Positions 37,942-46,003 are shown, counted from the stretch's first letter. The stretch is DNA of 64,000 nucleotides from Pseudomonadota bacterium (GCA_040390345.1 JAZJYP010000075.1:1121-65120); one strand, 5' to 3'. Notes: generated by a model from the sequence alone, not told the origin. Made by a program: numbers and translations.

Positions 37942-39645
37942 TCACTTGATCATGGGGAGGTTCAAGCCATTGCGCTTGGCGCAGGCGATGGCGGTGTCGT
38001 AGCCGGCGTCGGCATGGCGCATCACGCCGCTGCCGCTGTCGTTGACCAGCACGCGCGCCAGGCGCTTGGCCGCCGCGTCGGTGCCGTCGGCCACAATGAC
38101 GACGCCGGAGTGCTGCGAATAGCCCATGCCCACGCCGCCGCCATGGTGCAGCGACACCCAGGTCGCGCCGCCAGCGGTGTTGAGCATGGCGTTGAGCAGT
38201 GGCCAGTCGGAGACGGCATCGGTGCCGTCTTTCATCGATTCCGTTTCGCGGTTCGGGCTGGCGACGGAGCCGGTGTCGAGGTGGTCGCGGCCGATGACGA
38301 TCGGCGCCTTCAGTTCACCGGTGCGCACCATTTCGTTGAAAGCCAGGCCGGCGATATGGCGCTCGCCCAGGCCCAACCAGCAGATACGCGCCGGCAGGCC
38401 CTGGAAGGCGATGCGCTCGCGCGCCATGTCCAGCCAGCGGTGCACTTGCGCGTGGTGCGGGAACAGTTCCTTGATCTTGGCGTCGGTCTTGTAGATGTCT
38501 TCCGGGTCGCCCGACAAGGCCACCCAGCGGAAGGGGCCGCGGCCTTCGCAGAACTGCGGGCGGATGTAGGCGGGGACGAAGCCAGGGAAGTCGAAGGCGT
38601 TTTTCACGCCGTGGTCCAGCGCGACCTGGCGGATGTTATTGCCATAGTCGACGGCCTTGATGCCCATCGCGTGGAAGTCCAGGATGGCTTGCACGTGCAC
38701 GGCGCAAGAGGCGGCCGCCGCTTCCTTCAGTGCCACGTGCTGCGTTTCGTCGGCCTGCGCGGCCTTCCATTGCGCGACCGTCCAGCCGCTGGGCAGGTAG
38801 CCGTTGATCAGGTCATGGGCCGAGGTCTGGTCGGTGACGAGGTCCGGTTTCAGGCTGCCGGCCTTGGCGCGCTTGACCAGTTCCGGCAGCACGTCGGCGG
38901 CGTTGCCCAGCAGGGCGATCGACACGGCTTCGCGGCGCTCGGTGTGATGCTTGATGAGGGCCAACGCATCGTCGATGTCCTTGGCTTGCTTGTCTACGTA
39001 CTTGGTGCGCAGGCGGAAGTCGATGCTGCTTTGCTGGCACTCGATATTGAGCGACACGGCACCGGCGAAGGTGGCGGCCAGCGGCTGCGCGCCGCCCATG
39101 CCGCCCAGTCCCGCCGTGAGGATCCAGCGCCCGCCCCAATCGCCGCCGAAGTGCTGGCGCCCGGCTTCGGCGAAGGTTTCGTAGGTGCCCTGGACGATGC
39201 CCTGGGTGCCGATATAGATCCAGCTGCCGGCAGTCATCTGGCCGTACATGAAGAGGCCCTTGCGGTCCAGTTCATTGAAGTGTTCCCAGTTGGCCCACTT
39301 GGGCACCAGGTTGGAGTTGGCCAGCAGCACGCGCGGCGCGTTCTCGTGGGTCTGGAACACGCCGACCGGCTTGCCCGACTGGATCAGCAGGGTTTGGTCG
39401 TCTTCCAGCGTGCGCAGGGTGGCCAGGATCTGGTCATAGCATTCCCAGTTGCGCGCGGCGCGGCCGATGCCGCCGTAGACGACCAGGTGTTTCGGGTTTT
39501 CCGCCACTTCCACGTCCAGGTTGTTCTGGATCATGCGGTAAGCCGCCTCCGTCAGCCAGTTCTTGCAGTTGAGCGTGGTGCCGCGCGGCGCGCGGATGTC
39601 GCGCGTCGCGTCGAAGCGCGGATCGTTGTCGAGTTTGGTCGTCAT
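37942..39645 (-). CDS. hutU: urocanate hydratase
   Basis: 567 aa, unmistakable urocanase ([28 protein letters not shown]). Confidence 0.95.
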   Translation of the reverse strand: MTTKLDNDPRFDATRDIRAPRGTTLNCKNWLTEAAYRMIQNNLDVEVAENPKHLVVYGGIGRAARNWECYDQILATLRTLEDDQTLLIQSGKPVGVFQTHENAPRVLLANSNLVPKWANWEHFNELDRKGLFMYGQMTAGSWIYIGTQGIVQGTYETFAEAGRQHFGGDWGGRWILTAGLGGMGGAQPLAATFAGAVSLNIECQQSSIDFRLRTKYVDKQAKDIDDALALIKHHTERREAVSIALLGNAADVLPELVKRAKAGSLKPDLVTDQTSAHDLINGYLPSGWTVAQWKAAQADETQHVALKEAAAASCAVHVQAILDFHAMGIKAVDYGNNIRQVALDHGVKNAFDFPGFVPAYIRPQFCEGRGPFRWVALSGDPEDIYKTDAKIKELFPHHAQVHRWLDMARERIAFQGLPARICWLGLGERHIAGLAFNEMVRTGELKAPIVIGRDHLDTGSVASPNRETESMKDGTDAVSDWPLLNAMLNTAGGATWVSLHHGGGVGMGYSQHSGVVIVADGTDAAAKRLARVLVNDSGSGVMRHADAGYDTAIACAKRNGLNLPMIK

Positions 39646-39681
39646 GGCAACTCCTTGGAAAGGTGGATGCTTGAAGTCTAA

Positions 39682-39695
39682 GTTGTATAGACAAC
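39682..39695. promoter_or_regulatory. HutC-type operator
   Basis: GTTGTATAGACAAC is an imperfect palindrome matching the TTGTATA.ACAA HutC/GntR box as I remember it. It lies 37-50 nt upstream of the hutU ATG. Confidence 0.55.
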
Positions 39696-39835
39696 CGTGT
39701 CAAACGATTTATTGAATCTCTGGCGATCCGCAAAATGGCACAACACCCGATAGGCTACGCTCTCCCGAGCATGGCGATCAATCCTACACCCATTTACGTC
39801 CATTCTTGAGTCCAGCCGCATGTCGGGAGGCCACC

Positions 39836-40237
39836 ATGGCACTATCATTCCAGCCCAAAGTACGTGCAGTCGTGATGTGTGACTTTGCGGGAAATATCGA
39901 GCCTGAGATGGTAAAAAGGCGCCCTGTCGTCGTGATTGCTCGGAATCGCACCAACAGCAAGTTGGTAACGATCGTCCCCTTAAGTACGACCGAGCCAAAT
40001 GTGATGGCGAAACACCACTACGAGCTCCCAATTAACCCAGTGCCGGCACAGAAGGGGCGGAAATGCTGGGCAAAATGCGATATGGTTGCGACTGTCTCGC
40101 TTGAGCGCATGGACCGGTTGAAGGACGGCTGGAATCGCGTGGTGCCAGAGGTCACCGCCACCGATCTGAATGCGATCAGGCTAGGCGTGGTCAACGCACT
40201 TCAATTGAAAGGCACCGTCGAAGAAGGGCGATCCTGA
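39836..40237 (+). CDS. solitary PemK/MazF-superfamily toxin-like protein
   Basis: FQPKVRAVVMCDFAGNIEPEMVKRRPVVVIA...LVTIVPLST follows the MazF/PemK N-terminal SH3-like barrel pattern. The surrounding DNA is visibly AT-richer than its neighbours. Confidence 0.65.
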   Translation: MALSFQPKVRAVVMCDFAGNIEPEMVKRRPVVVIARNRTNSKLVTIVPLSTTEPNVMAKHHYELPINPVPAQKGRKCWAKCDMVATVSLERMDRLKDGWNRVVPEVTATDLNAIRLGVVNALQLKGTVEEGRS

Positions 40238-40363
40238 CAGCAAATGACGAAGCGCGTATTTTGTGGCATACTGATTTCGTACCCTTATGGGACTTGAAGC
40301 CTTCCGGCAACGGAAGCCAGGTTCGGCGTTCAGGTGATGACAAGCTTGCCGATCCTGTGAACA

Positions 40364-40394
40364 GGGCACTCTCCGGAGTGCCCTTTGTCTTTTC
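40364..40394 (+). terminator. rho-independent terminator
   Basis: GGGCACTC-TCCG-GAGTGCCC followed by TTTGTCTTTTC. Confidence 0.65.
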
Positions 40395-40401
40395 TGCACG
40401 C

Positions 40402-42060
40402 TTAGCGGCGCGTGAACACCTGCTTGCCGGCCACCCAAGTCTGCTGCACGGCCACCTTGTAAATATCATAGGTCGGCATGGTGAAAAGGTCATGGTCGAT
40501 GACGATAAAGTCGGCCCATTTGCCCACTTCCAGCGAACCAGTCACCTTTTCCTGGTGGCCCGCGTAGGCCGCGTCGAGCGTGAAGCAGCGGAACGCTTCC
40601 TTGAGCGACATGGCCTGGTCGGGATGCCAGCCGGCGATGGGCTGGCCGGCCGCATCCTGGCGGGTGACGGCGGCGTGGATGCCGAAGAAAGGATTGGGCG
40701 ACTCGACCGGGAAGTCCGACCCGCAGGCGATGCGCGAACCTTGATGCAGGAAGCTGCGCCACGCGTATGCGCCCTTCATGCGCTCGGCACCGATGCGCGT
40801 TTCAGCCATGTTCTTGTCCGAGGTAGCGTGGGTCGGCTGCATCGACGGGATGATGCCGATGCTCTTGAAGCGCGGGATGTCCGACGGCGCCACGACCTGG
40901 ACGTGCTCGACGCGGTGGCGCAGGCCGACGGTGCCGGTTTTTTTGACCAGCTTGTCGAAGGCGTCGAGGATCTGGTGGTTGCCGGCATCGCCAATGGCGT
41001 GCACGTTGACCTGGTAGCCGCGCTTCATGGCTTTTTCCATCATCGCCGTGATGGCGGCGTTGGAGTTGAACAGCAGGCCGTGGCTTTTCGGCTCGTCGCT
41101 GTAGGGCGCCAGCAGGGCCGCGCCGCGGCTGCCCAGGGCGCCGTCCGAATACAGCTTCACGGCGCGCAGCGCATACATGTCGTTGGCGTAGGTGGGCAGT
41201 GGACCGTTCTTGGACAGCTTGTCGAAGTCGGCATCGGTCCCGCCGATCATGCCGTAGATGCGGGCGGTCAGCTTGCCGTGGTCCGCATAGTCGCGATACA
41301 GATAGTCCTCGCTTGCGTTCACGCCAGCGTCGTGCGCCGAAGTCAGGCCCAGGCTGGCCATGGTGGCGAGCGAGGCGTCGAGCAAGGCGCGCCCTTCGGC
41401 TTCGGTTTTCTTCGGCAGGACTTTTTCAACCAGCTCCTTGGCCGCATCGACGAGCACGCCGGTGGCGTTGCCACTGGCGTCGCGCAGGATCTTGCCGCCG
41501 GCCGGATCGGGCGTGCTCTTGGTGATGCCGGCCAGCGCCAGCGCTTTCGAATTGGCCCAGCCGGCATGGCCGTCCACGCGCGAGAGCCACACCGGGCGGT
41601 CCGCGACGACGCCATCTAGTTCGACGGCGGTGGGGAAACGTCCCAGTTTCCAGATCTCCTGGTTCCAGCCGCGGCCGATCAGCCAGGCTTGCTGCGCGTG
41701 GCTGCGCGAATAGTCACCGACCGCCTTGAGCGCGCCGGCCAGACTGGACGTGCCCACCAGGTCCAGCTCCGACAGCAGCGCGCCAAGCCCGAAGACATGG
41801 CCATGCGCATCGATCAATCCCGGCAGCACCGTCTTGCCCTGCATGTCCACATGCTTCGCGCCCGGCGCTTTGGCCGCCACGTCGGCTGCGCTGCCCACCG
41901 CGATGATCTTGCCCGCATCGTCAAAGGCGAGCGACGAGAACTGGACCATCGCATTGTACGCGTTCAGCGTGTAGCCGTTGGCGTTGTCGATCACGGTGGC
42001 GGCGTGGGCGCCGAAGCAGGTCAATACAAGCGCCGACAGCGCCGAACGGGTAAAACGCAT
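40402..42060 (-). CDS. secreted amidohydrolase family 3 (YtcJ-like) protein
   Basis: 552 aa with a signal peptide. The segments LPGLIDAHGHV, VNVHAIGD and GSDFPVE are present. Confidence 0.85.
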   Translation of the reverse strand: MRFTRSALSALVLTCFGAHAATVIDNANGYTLNAYNAMVQFSSLAFDDAGKIIAVGSAADVAAKAPGAKHVDMQGKTVLPGLIDAHGHVFGLGALLSELDLVGTSSLAGALKAVGDYSRSHAQQAWLIGRGWNQEIWKLGRFPTAVELDGVVADRPVWLSRVDGHAGWANSKALALAGITKSTPDPAGGKILRDASGNATGVLVDAAKELVEKVLPKKTEAEGRALLDASLATMASLGLTSAHDAGVNASEDYLYRDYADHGKLTARIYGMIGGTDADFDKLSKNGPLPTYANDMYALRAVKLYSDGALGSRGAALLAPYSDEPKSHGLLFNSNAAITAMMEKAMKRGYQVNVHAIGDAGNHQILDAFDKLVKKTGTVGLRHRVEHVQVVAPSDIPRFKSIGIIPSMQPTHATSDKNMAETRIGAERMKGAYAWRSFLHQGSRIACGSDFPVESPNPFFGIHAAVTRQDAAGQPIAGWHPDQAMSLKEAFRCFTLDAAYAGHQEKVTGSLEVGKWADFIVIDHDLFTMPTYDIYKVAVQQTWVAGKQVFTRR

Positions 42061-42168
42061 CAGGGACTCCTTCTTGAATTCAAAAGCAAGAAAGAGAGTG
42101 TATAGATATTTCGAAATTGTTCAATCTGCTAACATCGGCCGTCTATACCTTACCCGAGAGAGCTGCCT

Positions 42169-42762
42169 GTGACCGTGATCCGCCCGCTGCAACCTGATGA
42201 CGCTGCAGCCTACCGTGCCCTGCGCCTGTTCAGCATTGAAGAATCGCCGACCTCGGTCTGGGCCTCGCATGATGAAGAAAGCGCGCTGTCCCAGTCCGCC
42301 TTCGCGCAACGGCTGACACCAACACCCCATCAAATCGTGATGGGAGCCTTTCATGGCGACAAACTGCTTGGCATCGCCGGCATGCGGCGCGAGAACGTGC
42401 GCAAGATCGCCCATCGCGCCGGCTTGTGGGGCATCTACGTTATGCCCGAAGCGCGCGGCGCTGGCCTCGCGCGCCAGATGGTGAATGCACTGATCGCCCA
42501 CGCGCGCGCGCAGGCGGACCTCGTCCAGTTGACGCTGTGCGTGCGCAGTTCCAACGAATCGGCCAAGCAGCTTTACACCAGCATGGGTTTCATCAGGACG
42601 GGCGTTGACCCGCGCTCGATGCTGATCGACGGTGATTTCCATGACGAAGACCGGATGGTCCTGCGTCTCGATCAGCAGGACAGTACGCATGTGGCGCTAG
42701 TGAACGCACAAGCCTTTCCCCCTACATATCAGGAGCCGCCATGCCCTTCGATGAAGGATTAG
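42169..42762 (+). CDS. GNAT N-acetyltransferase with atypical C-terminal extension
   Basis: GTG start. It has the acetyl-CoA motif EARGAGLARQMV. After the usual GNAT end (DRMVLRL) there are about 30 extra residues running into the next gene. Confidence 0.7.
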   Translation: MTVIRPLQPDDAAAYRALRLFSIEESPTSVWASHDEESALSQSAFAQRLTPTPHQIVMGAFHGDKLLGIAGMRRENVRKIAHRAGLWGIYVMPEARGAGLARQMVNALIAHARAQADLVQLTLCVRSSNESAKQLYTSMGFIRTGVDPRSMLIDGDFHDEDRMVLRLDQQDSTHVALVNAQAFPPTYQEPPCPSMKD

Positions 42763-43070
42763 CTGAGAGAATTCGGGAAGTCCTCGCTACCGATCGCCAT
42801 GTTATGGAAAAGAGAATGTTCGGCGGACTGGCCTTCATGTCCGGAGGCTATATGTTTATCGGCATAGCGGGCCCCGCCCTGATGGTAAGAGTCGGCCCCG
42901 AGAACTATGAGAAAGCCCTTTCACAGCCCCATGTGCGAGAAATGGATTTCACCGGAAAACCAATGAAGGGCTATGTCTTTGTGGATCCACCGGGTTTTGA
43001 AGATGCCGCGGATCTTTCCAATTGGGTTGATCTGTGCCATCGTTTTGTCAAAACTTTGCCGCCAAAGTAA
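42741..43070 (+). CDS. TfoX N-terminal domain protein
   Basis: 109 aa. EKRMFGGLAFMSGGYMFIGI....LMVRV is the TfoX_N pattern. Lower G+C starts about here. Confidence 0.75.
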   Translation: MPFDEGLAERIREVLATDRHVMEKRMFGGLAFMSGGYMFIGIAGPALMVRVGPENYEKALSQPHVREMDFTGKPMKGYVFVDPPGFEDAADLSNWVDLCHRFVKTLPPK

Positions 43071-43381
43071 GCCCAATGAATGCGTCAGGTCCGTCTCCTG
43101 ACCCAACATGAACGCTCTCCGCGCGCTCAACACACGACGACGTTGGAATCGAAGAGCTCGCGTCCATAACGAGGTTGACGATTTTCCGTTCTGCCTACTG
43201 CAGAGCGAACGAGTGAAACGCGGCAAGGTGTGTTTGCAGTTTAGTTTTAGGGTGCGCTAAACTGAGCTAAGTATCTAAGAATAAAAGAGAAAACTCGCGA
43301 GGCCGTACTCGGAAACGGTTCCTTGTCGGTTTATTTTGCGCCCATTGGGGCGTCTACTTAACGTTGGTCTGTTACTTCACG

Positions 43382-43684
43382 ATGAAACTACTGGAAGCAA
43401 TTTTCCTCGTTACTCAAATGCCGGACGACTCGTGCATTTGCTGCGTTCGTCCGTTTCATCAAAGCAGCGACGCGAAAATCGTGCAGCTAACTGCCGAGTG
43501 CTCTTTACCGGAGCATGCGCTTGAAAATGGTTTCGAGTACTTTCTAGAAAAGGATGGAATAGAAGAGCTTCCTGGCTACGCGGAAGGCAAGCTCAAGTCT
43601 CGTGAAGCGAAGACCGAATTCATCGTTTACTATGCCGAGTTCGATGCATACCCCGCGTGGTTCAACGAATTGTGTGCAGAGTAG
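43382..43684 (+). CDS. hypothetical cassette protein (immunity-protein-like small acidic protein)
   Basis: 100 aa from ATG 43382, which lies 13 nt after the core GTTGGTC. I cannot name a confident family. Confidence 0.45.
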   Translation: MKLLEAIFLVTQMPDDSCICCVRPFHQSSDAKIVQLTAECSLPEHALENGFEYFLEKDGIEELPGYAEGKLKSREAKTEFIVYYAEFDAYPAWFNELCAE

Positions 43685-43702
43685 AAATGGCAAACGCTAA
43701 CT

Positions 43703-43760
43703 GCCCAACCCATTGTTCCAGCGGATCGCCTTCGGCGCCCGCTGAACATGCACGTTGGCC
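43703..43760 (+). other. attC-like site (58 bp)
   Basis: GCCCAAC / CCATTG / TTCCAGCGG / ATCGCC-TTC-GGCGC / CCGCTGAA / CATGCAC / GTTGGCC. The inner stem has one unpaired base. Confidence 0.55.
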
Positions 43761-43995
43761 GCGCTTTGGTCACGTGTGTTGGCGTGGTGGCTACGCTCAG
43801 CACCTGAGCCACAGGCGGCATGAAGAGCGCGGCTCCGCTTGGCGTTTGGGCCGGTGGCAAAGTGGCCGCAAGGTTTCGTTTTAAGTTTCGTCCACGGCTG
43901 CATCGTTGGCAGTGGCAAGCGCAGGCGTTGGTGCCGTTGGTTGCGTCGCGGTCGGTGGCTTCGGTGGCGCGGTCCGCAGCAAGTTCATGTGCCCC

Positions 43996-44085
43996 GGCCA
44001 ACCCCGCGCTCGTTCGGACCGGCCGGACTCGCCACTTCTTAGTTTTAATCCGCTGGCGGCCGTCCGCACAGCTTTAACGTTAGCC
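43996..44085 (+). other. possible long attC-like site (90 bp)
   Basis: GGCCAAC ... CGGACCGGCCG ... CGGCCGTCCG ... CTTTAAC-GTTAGCC. The boxes pair only partially. Confidence 0.3.
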
Positions 44086-44102
44086 GCCTCTAGCACGCCT
44101 AT

Positions 44103-44504
44103 ATGTCGTATCCAGTTCTCGATATCTCCAGATTTGACGACATCCTCCCGTACCTACGCGGCAAGGTCTTCCATGTCACGCCTACGGCCAGCTTGGCCGT
44201 GATCCTGGCAGATGGTTTCCTGCTTCCGAATGTTGGCGATCGAGTCTCTCTTTTTGGAAATACGACCACTGGCTATTTTCGACACAAAGGCTGCGTCTCT
44301 TTCTTCGACTACCGGCGCCCCGATTCAGAAGAATGGAAGGAACACGCACACAAGTGTTTGCCAACGCTCCCGCTCACAAGGACACAGCAGATCGCTATCC
44401 TTTTCTTGGCCGAGAAGGAGCATCAAAAATTGATCTCATGGGAAGGTTGGAAACGCGAGCAACTTTGGTCCTATAGGGTCGTTCCGCACGTCGAGTGCGG
44501 TTAG
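44103..44504 (+). CDS. hypothetical cassette protein
   Basis: 133-aa ORF starting 18 nt after the GTTAGCC core. The N-terminal KVFHVTPTASLAVILADGFLLPN faintly recalls ART-fold/DarT-like openings (speculative). Confidence 0.45.
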   Translation: MSYPVLDISRFDDILPYLRGKVFHVTPTASLAVILADGFLLPNVGDRVSLFGNTTTGYFRHKGCVSFFDYRRPDSEEWKEHAHKCLPTLPLTRTQQIAILFLAEKEHQKLISWEGWKREQLWSYRVVPHVECG

Positions 44505-44646
44505 CCGCGGTGTTCGCGTCACGACAGAAGGCGGCGGTGCTCGTGAAACTACGCTCGGTTGTAAGGCGCCGGTCATCTCTAATCTCCAACAACTGGAAGG
44601 CAAAGTGCCATGCGATCCCGAGAGTGCGCTTGCTCAGTGCAACTAA

Positions 44647-44703
44647 GCCTAACCATCAGCTTAACTGGACGCGCTGGCGCGCGCAGTTAGCGACACGCTA
44701 GGC
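44647..44703 (+). other. attC-like site, degenerate core (57 bp)
   Basis: GCCTAAC / CATCA / GCTTAACTG / GACGCGC-TGG-CGCGCGC / AGTTAGC / GACAC / GCTAGGC. It belongs to the same family as 44991-45050, but the core GTT is mutated to GCT. Confidence 0.5.
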
Positions 44704-44708
44704 TTTCG

Positions 44709-44996
44709 ATGTCACGACTGGGCAAAGTCTCAATTGATCTAGGTGCGGCTACCGACGCAGATATGCTTCACCATTTACTCATGGAAGCCTTGAAATTCCC
44801 GGGGTGGTACGGTTGCAACTGGGATGCCTTTTGGGATGCTATTACTGGGCTCGTTGAGATGCCGGAAGTGCTCGAATTTACGAACTGGCAAGGTTTTGCG
44901 GCGCGTTTGCCGAATGAAAGTCACCTTATGAGGACTTGCCTTGAAGAAATGGCACAGGAATTTCCAGCATCGGCGTCGAAGGTTTTCTATGCCTAA
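44709..44996 (+). CDS. barstar-family ribonuclease inhibitor (orphan immunity protein)
   Basis: DMLHHLLMEALKFPGWYGCNWDAFWDAITGLVEMPEVLEF aligns by eye with barstar [38 protein letters not shown]. Confidence 0.8.
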   Translation: MSRLGKVSIDLGAATDADMLHHLLMEALKFPGWYGCNWDAFWDAITGLVEMPEVLEFTNWQGFAARLPNESHLMRTCLEEMAQEFPASASKVFYA

Positions 44997-45050
44997 CCAT
45001 TTAATCAACCCGGACGCGCTGAAGCGCGCCGGTTATTCGTCACGTTGGGT
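44991..45050 (+). other. attC-like site (60 bp), best preserved
   Basis: GCCTAAC / CATTT / AATCAACCCGG / ACGCGC-TGAA-GCGCG / CCGGTTATT / CGTCAC / GTTGGGT. The barstar TAA stop lies inside the inverse core, and two bases of the inner stem are unpaired. Confidence 0.7.
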
Positions 45051-45083
45051 ATCAAAATTCATTTTTACTGGGACCTCTACTTG

Positions 45084-45422
45084 ATGCAACTTCTTTTTTC
45101 GTATGGAACACTCCAGCAGCGTGAAGTTCAACTGGCCACTTTCGGCCGTGAGCTACTGGGGATCGCTGACCAACTTATAGGTTTTCATCAATCGATGGTC
45201 AAGATTGAAGACCCCGAAGTCGTTAAGACGAGCGGGAAAACGCATCATCCGATAGTCAAACGAACGGGCAAAGTCGATGATCGTGTTGCCGGAACAGCGT
45301 TCGAGGTAACAGATGAGGAATTAGTGAATGCGGACAAATATGAAGTGTCTGACTATAAGCGTGTTTCGGCTTCGCTGGCCTCTGGTCGCACAGCGTGGGT
45401 TTACGTAGACGCTCGTACATAA
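45084..45422 (+). CDS. gamma-glutamylcyclotransferase (AIG2/GGACT-like) family protein
   Basis: The N-terminal LFSYGTLQ motif and the size (112 aa) fit. The ATG lies 34 nt after the attC core. Confidence 0.75.
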   Translation: MQLLFSYGTLQQREVQLATFGRELLGIADQLIGFHQSMVKIEDPEVVKTSGKTHHPIVKRTGKVDDRVAGTAFEVTDEELVNADKYEVSDYKRVSASLASGRTAWVYVDART

Positions 45423-45510
45423 TGTGCAGTGCCGCCCTATCCTGCAGTCAACTGGACTGTCTCCACGCCGCGCGCTCCGGCAGCCAGGTACTTTGAATGT
45501 CAGGCCCCGC

Positions 45511-45942
45511 ATGAAGAATTCGGCAATCTATGCTCCGCTGCTACTTCGGCTGACGCTCGGGGCCTTGTTCATCGCCCATCTTTACTGGAAGTTCGCTGTC
45601 TTTCCAGGCGGCGTGGATCAATGGCGCTCAAACTTTGCGGCCAATGGATACCCATGGTTCGTGCCGTGGTATGTTCTCTCGGCTGAATTCGCCGGTGCGC
45701 TCTTGCTCATTCCCGGCGTCTACGTTCGCTGGGTGAGTTTATATGCGCTTCCAATGATGATCGGCGCCGCTCATTTTTGGGCAGTGCGCAAAGGGTTTTG
45801 GTTTGTTGCCTCTGGCGCAGAGCTTCCCGTCGTATGGTCTGTCCTGCTGGTGCTTCAGGCTATGCTCGGCGATGGCCCGTGCGCTTTAAAGGTGTGGCCT
45901 AACAATTCATTTAAGGTGAAGTCACCTTGCGGCTCGGATTAG
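45511..45942 (+). CDS. DoxX-family membrane protein
   Basis: It has 4 TM segments and LLRLTLGALFIAH...EFAGALLLIPG, the DoxX pattern. The C-terminal 20 residues read through the attC-like left half, so the 3' end may be frameshifted. Confidence 0.7.
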   Translation: MKNSAIYAPLLLRLTLGALFIAHLYWKFAVFPGGVDQWRSNFAANGYPWFVPWYVLSAEFAGALLLIPGVYVRWVSLYALPMMIGAAHFWAVRKGFWFVASGAELPVVWSVLLVLQAMLGDGPCALKVWPNNSFKVKSPCGSD

Positions 45943-45943
45943 C
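45897..45943 (+). other. attC remnant (left half plus degenerate right end)
   Basis: GCCTAAC-AATTC-ATTTAAGGTGA-AG-TCACCTT ... GATTAGC. The left half resembles aadA-type attC (GTCTAACAATTCGTTCAAG) from memory. There is no intact GTT core. Confidence 0.35.
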
Positions 45944-46003
45944 TCCGCTCGTGAAGGATAATTCGGCCCAGCGCTCACCATTACATGGGAAGGTACTTCG
46001 TAT

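Larger units (their letters stand above)
43363..45943 (+). mobile_element. integron-type gene cassette array without integrase (CALIN-like), attC-bearing part
   Basis: The region holds short unrelated same-strand ORFs, each followed by attC-like imperfect palindromes bounded by RYYYAAC ... GTTRRRY. See the individual sites below. No intI is present in the window. Confidence 0.55.

Noticed and set aside
43071-43362. A possible intI remnant or attI region left of the first cassette.
   Set aside because: I translated the minus strand of 43081-43200 in all three frames. I saw no tyrosine-recombinase motif (no HxxR, no YTHV-type box), only short stop-interrupted peptides. Only the Pc-like hexamers and the terminal core are reported, as a finding.
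43820-44202. ORFs 43820-44077, 43839-44042 and 43906-44202 (+), and 43881-44096 (-), inside the ORF-less cassette.
   Set aside because: These are Arg/Trp/Pro-rich low-complexity translations that mutually overlap, with no ribosome-binding sites. They are treated as non-coding.
45423-45510. A possible attC after the gamma-glutamylcyclotransferase-like ORF (AGTCAAC ... GTCAGGC).
   Set aside because: The terminal boxes are not complementary and the inner stems pair poorly, so I could not support it by eye. It needs a covariance-model test.
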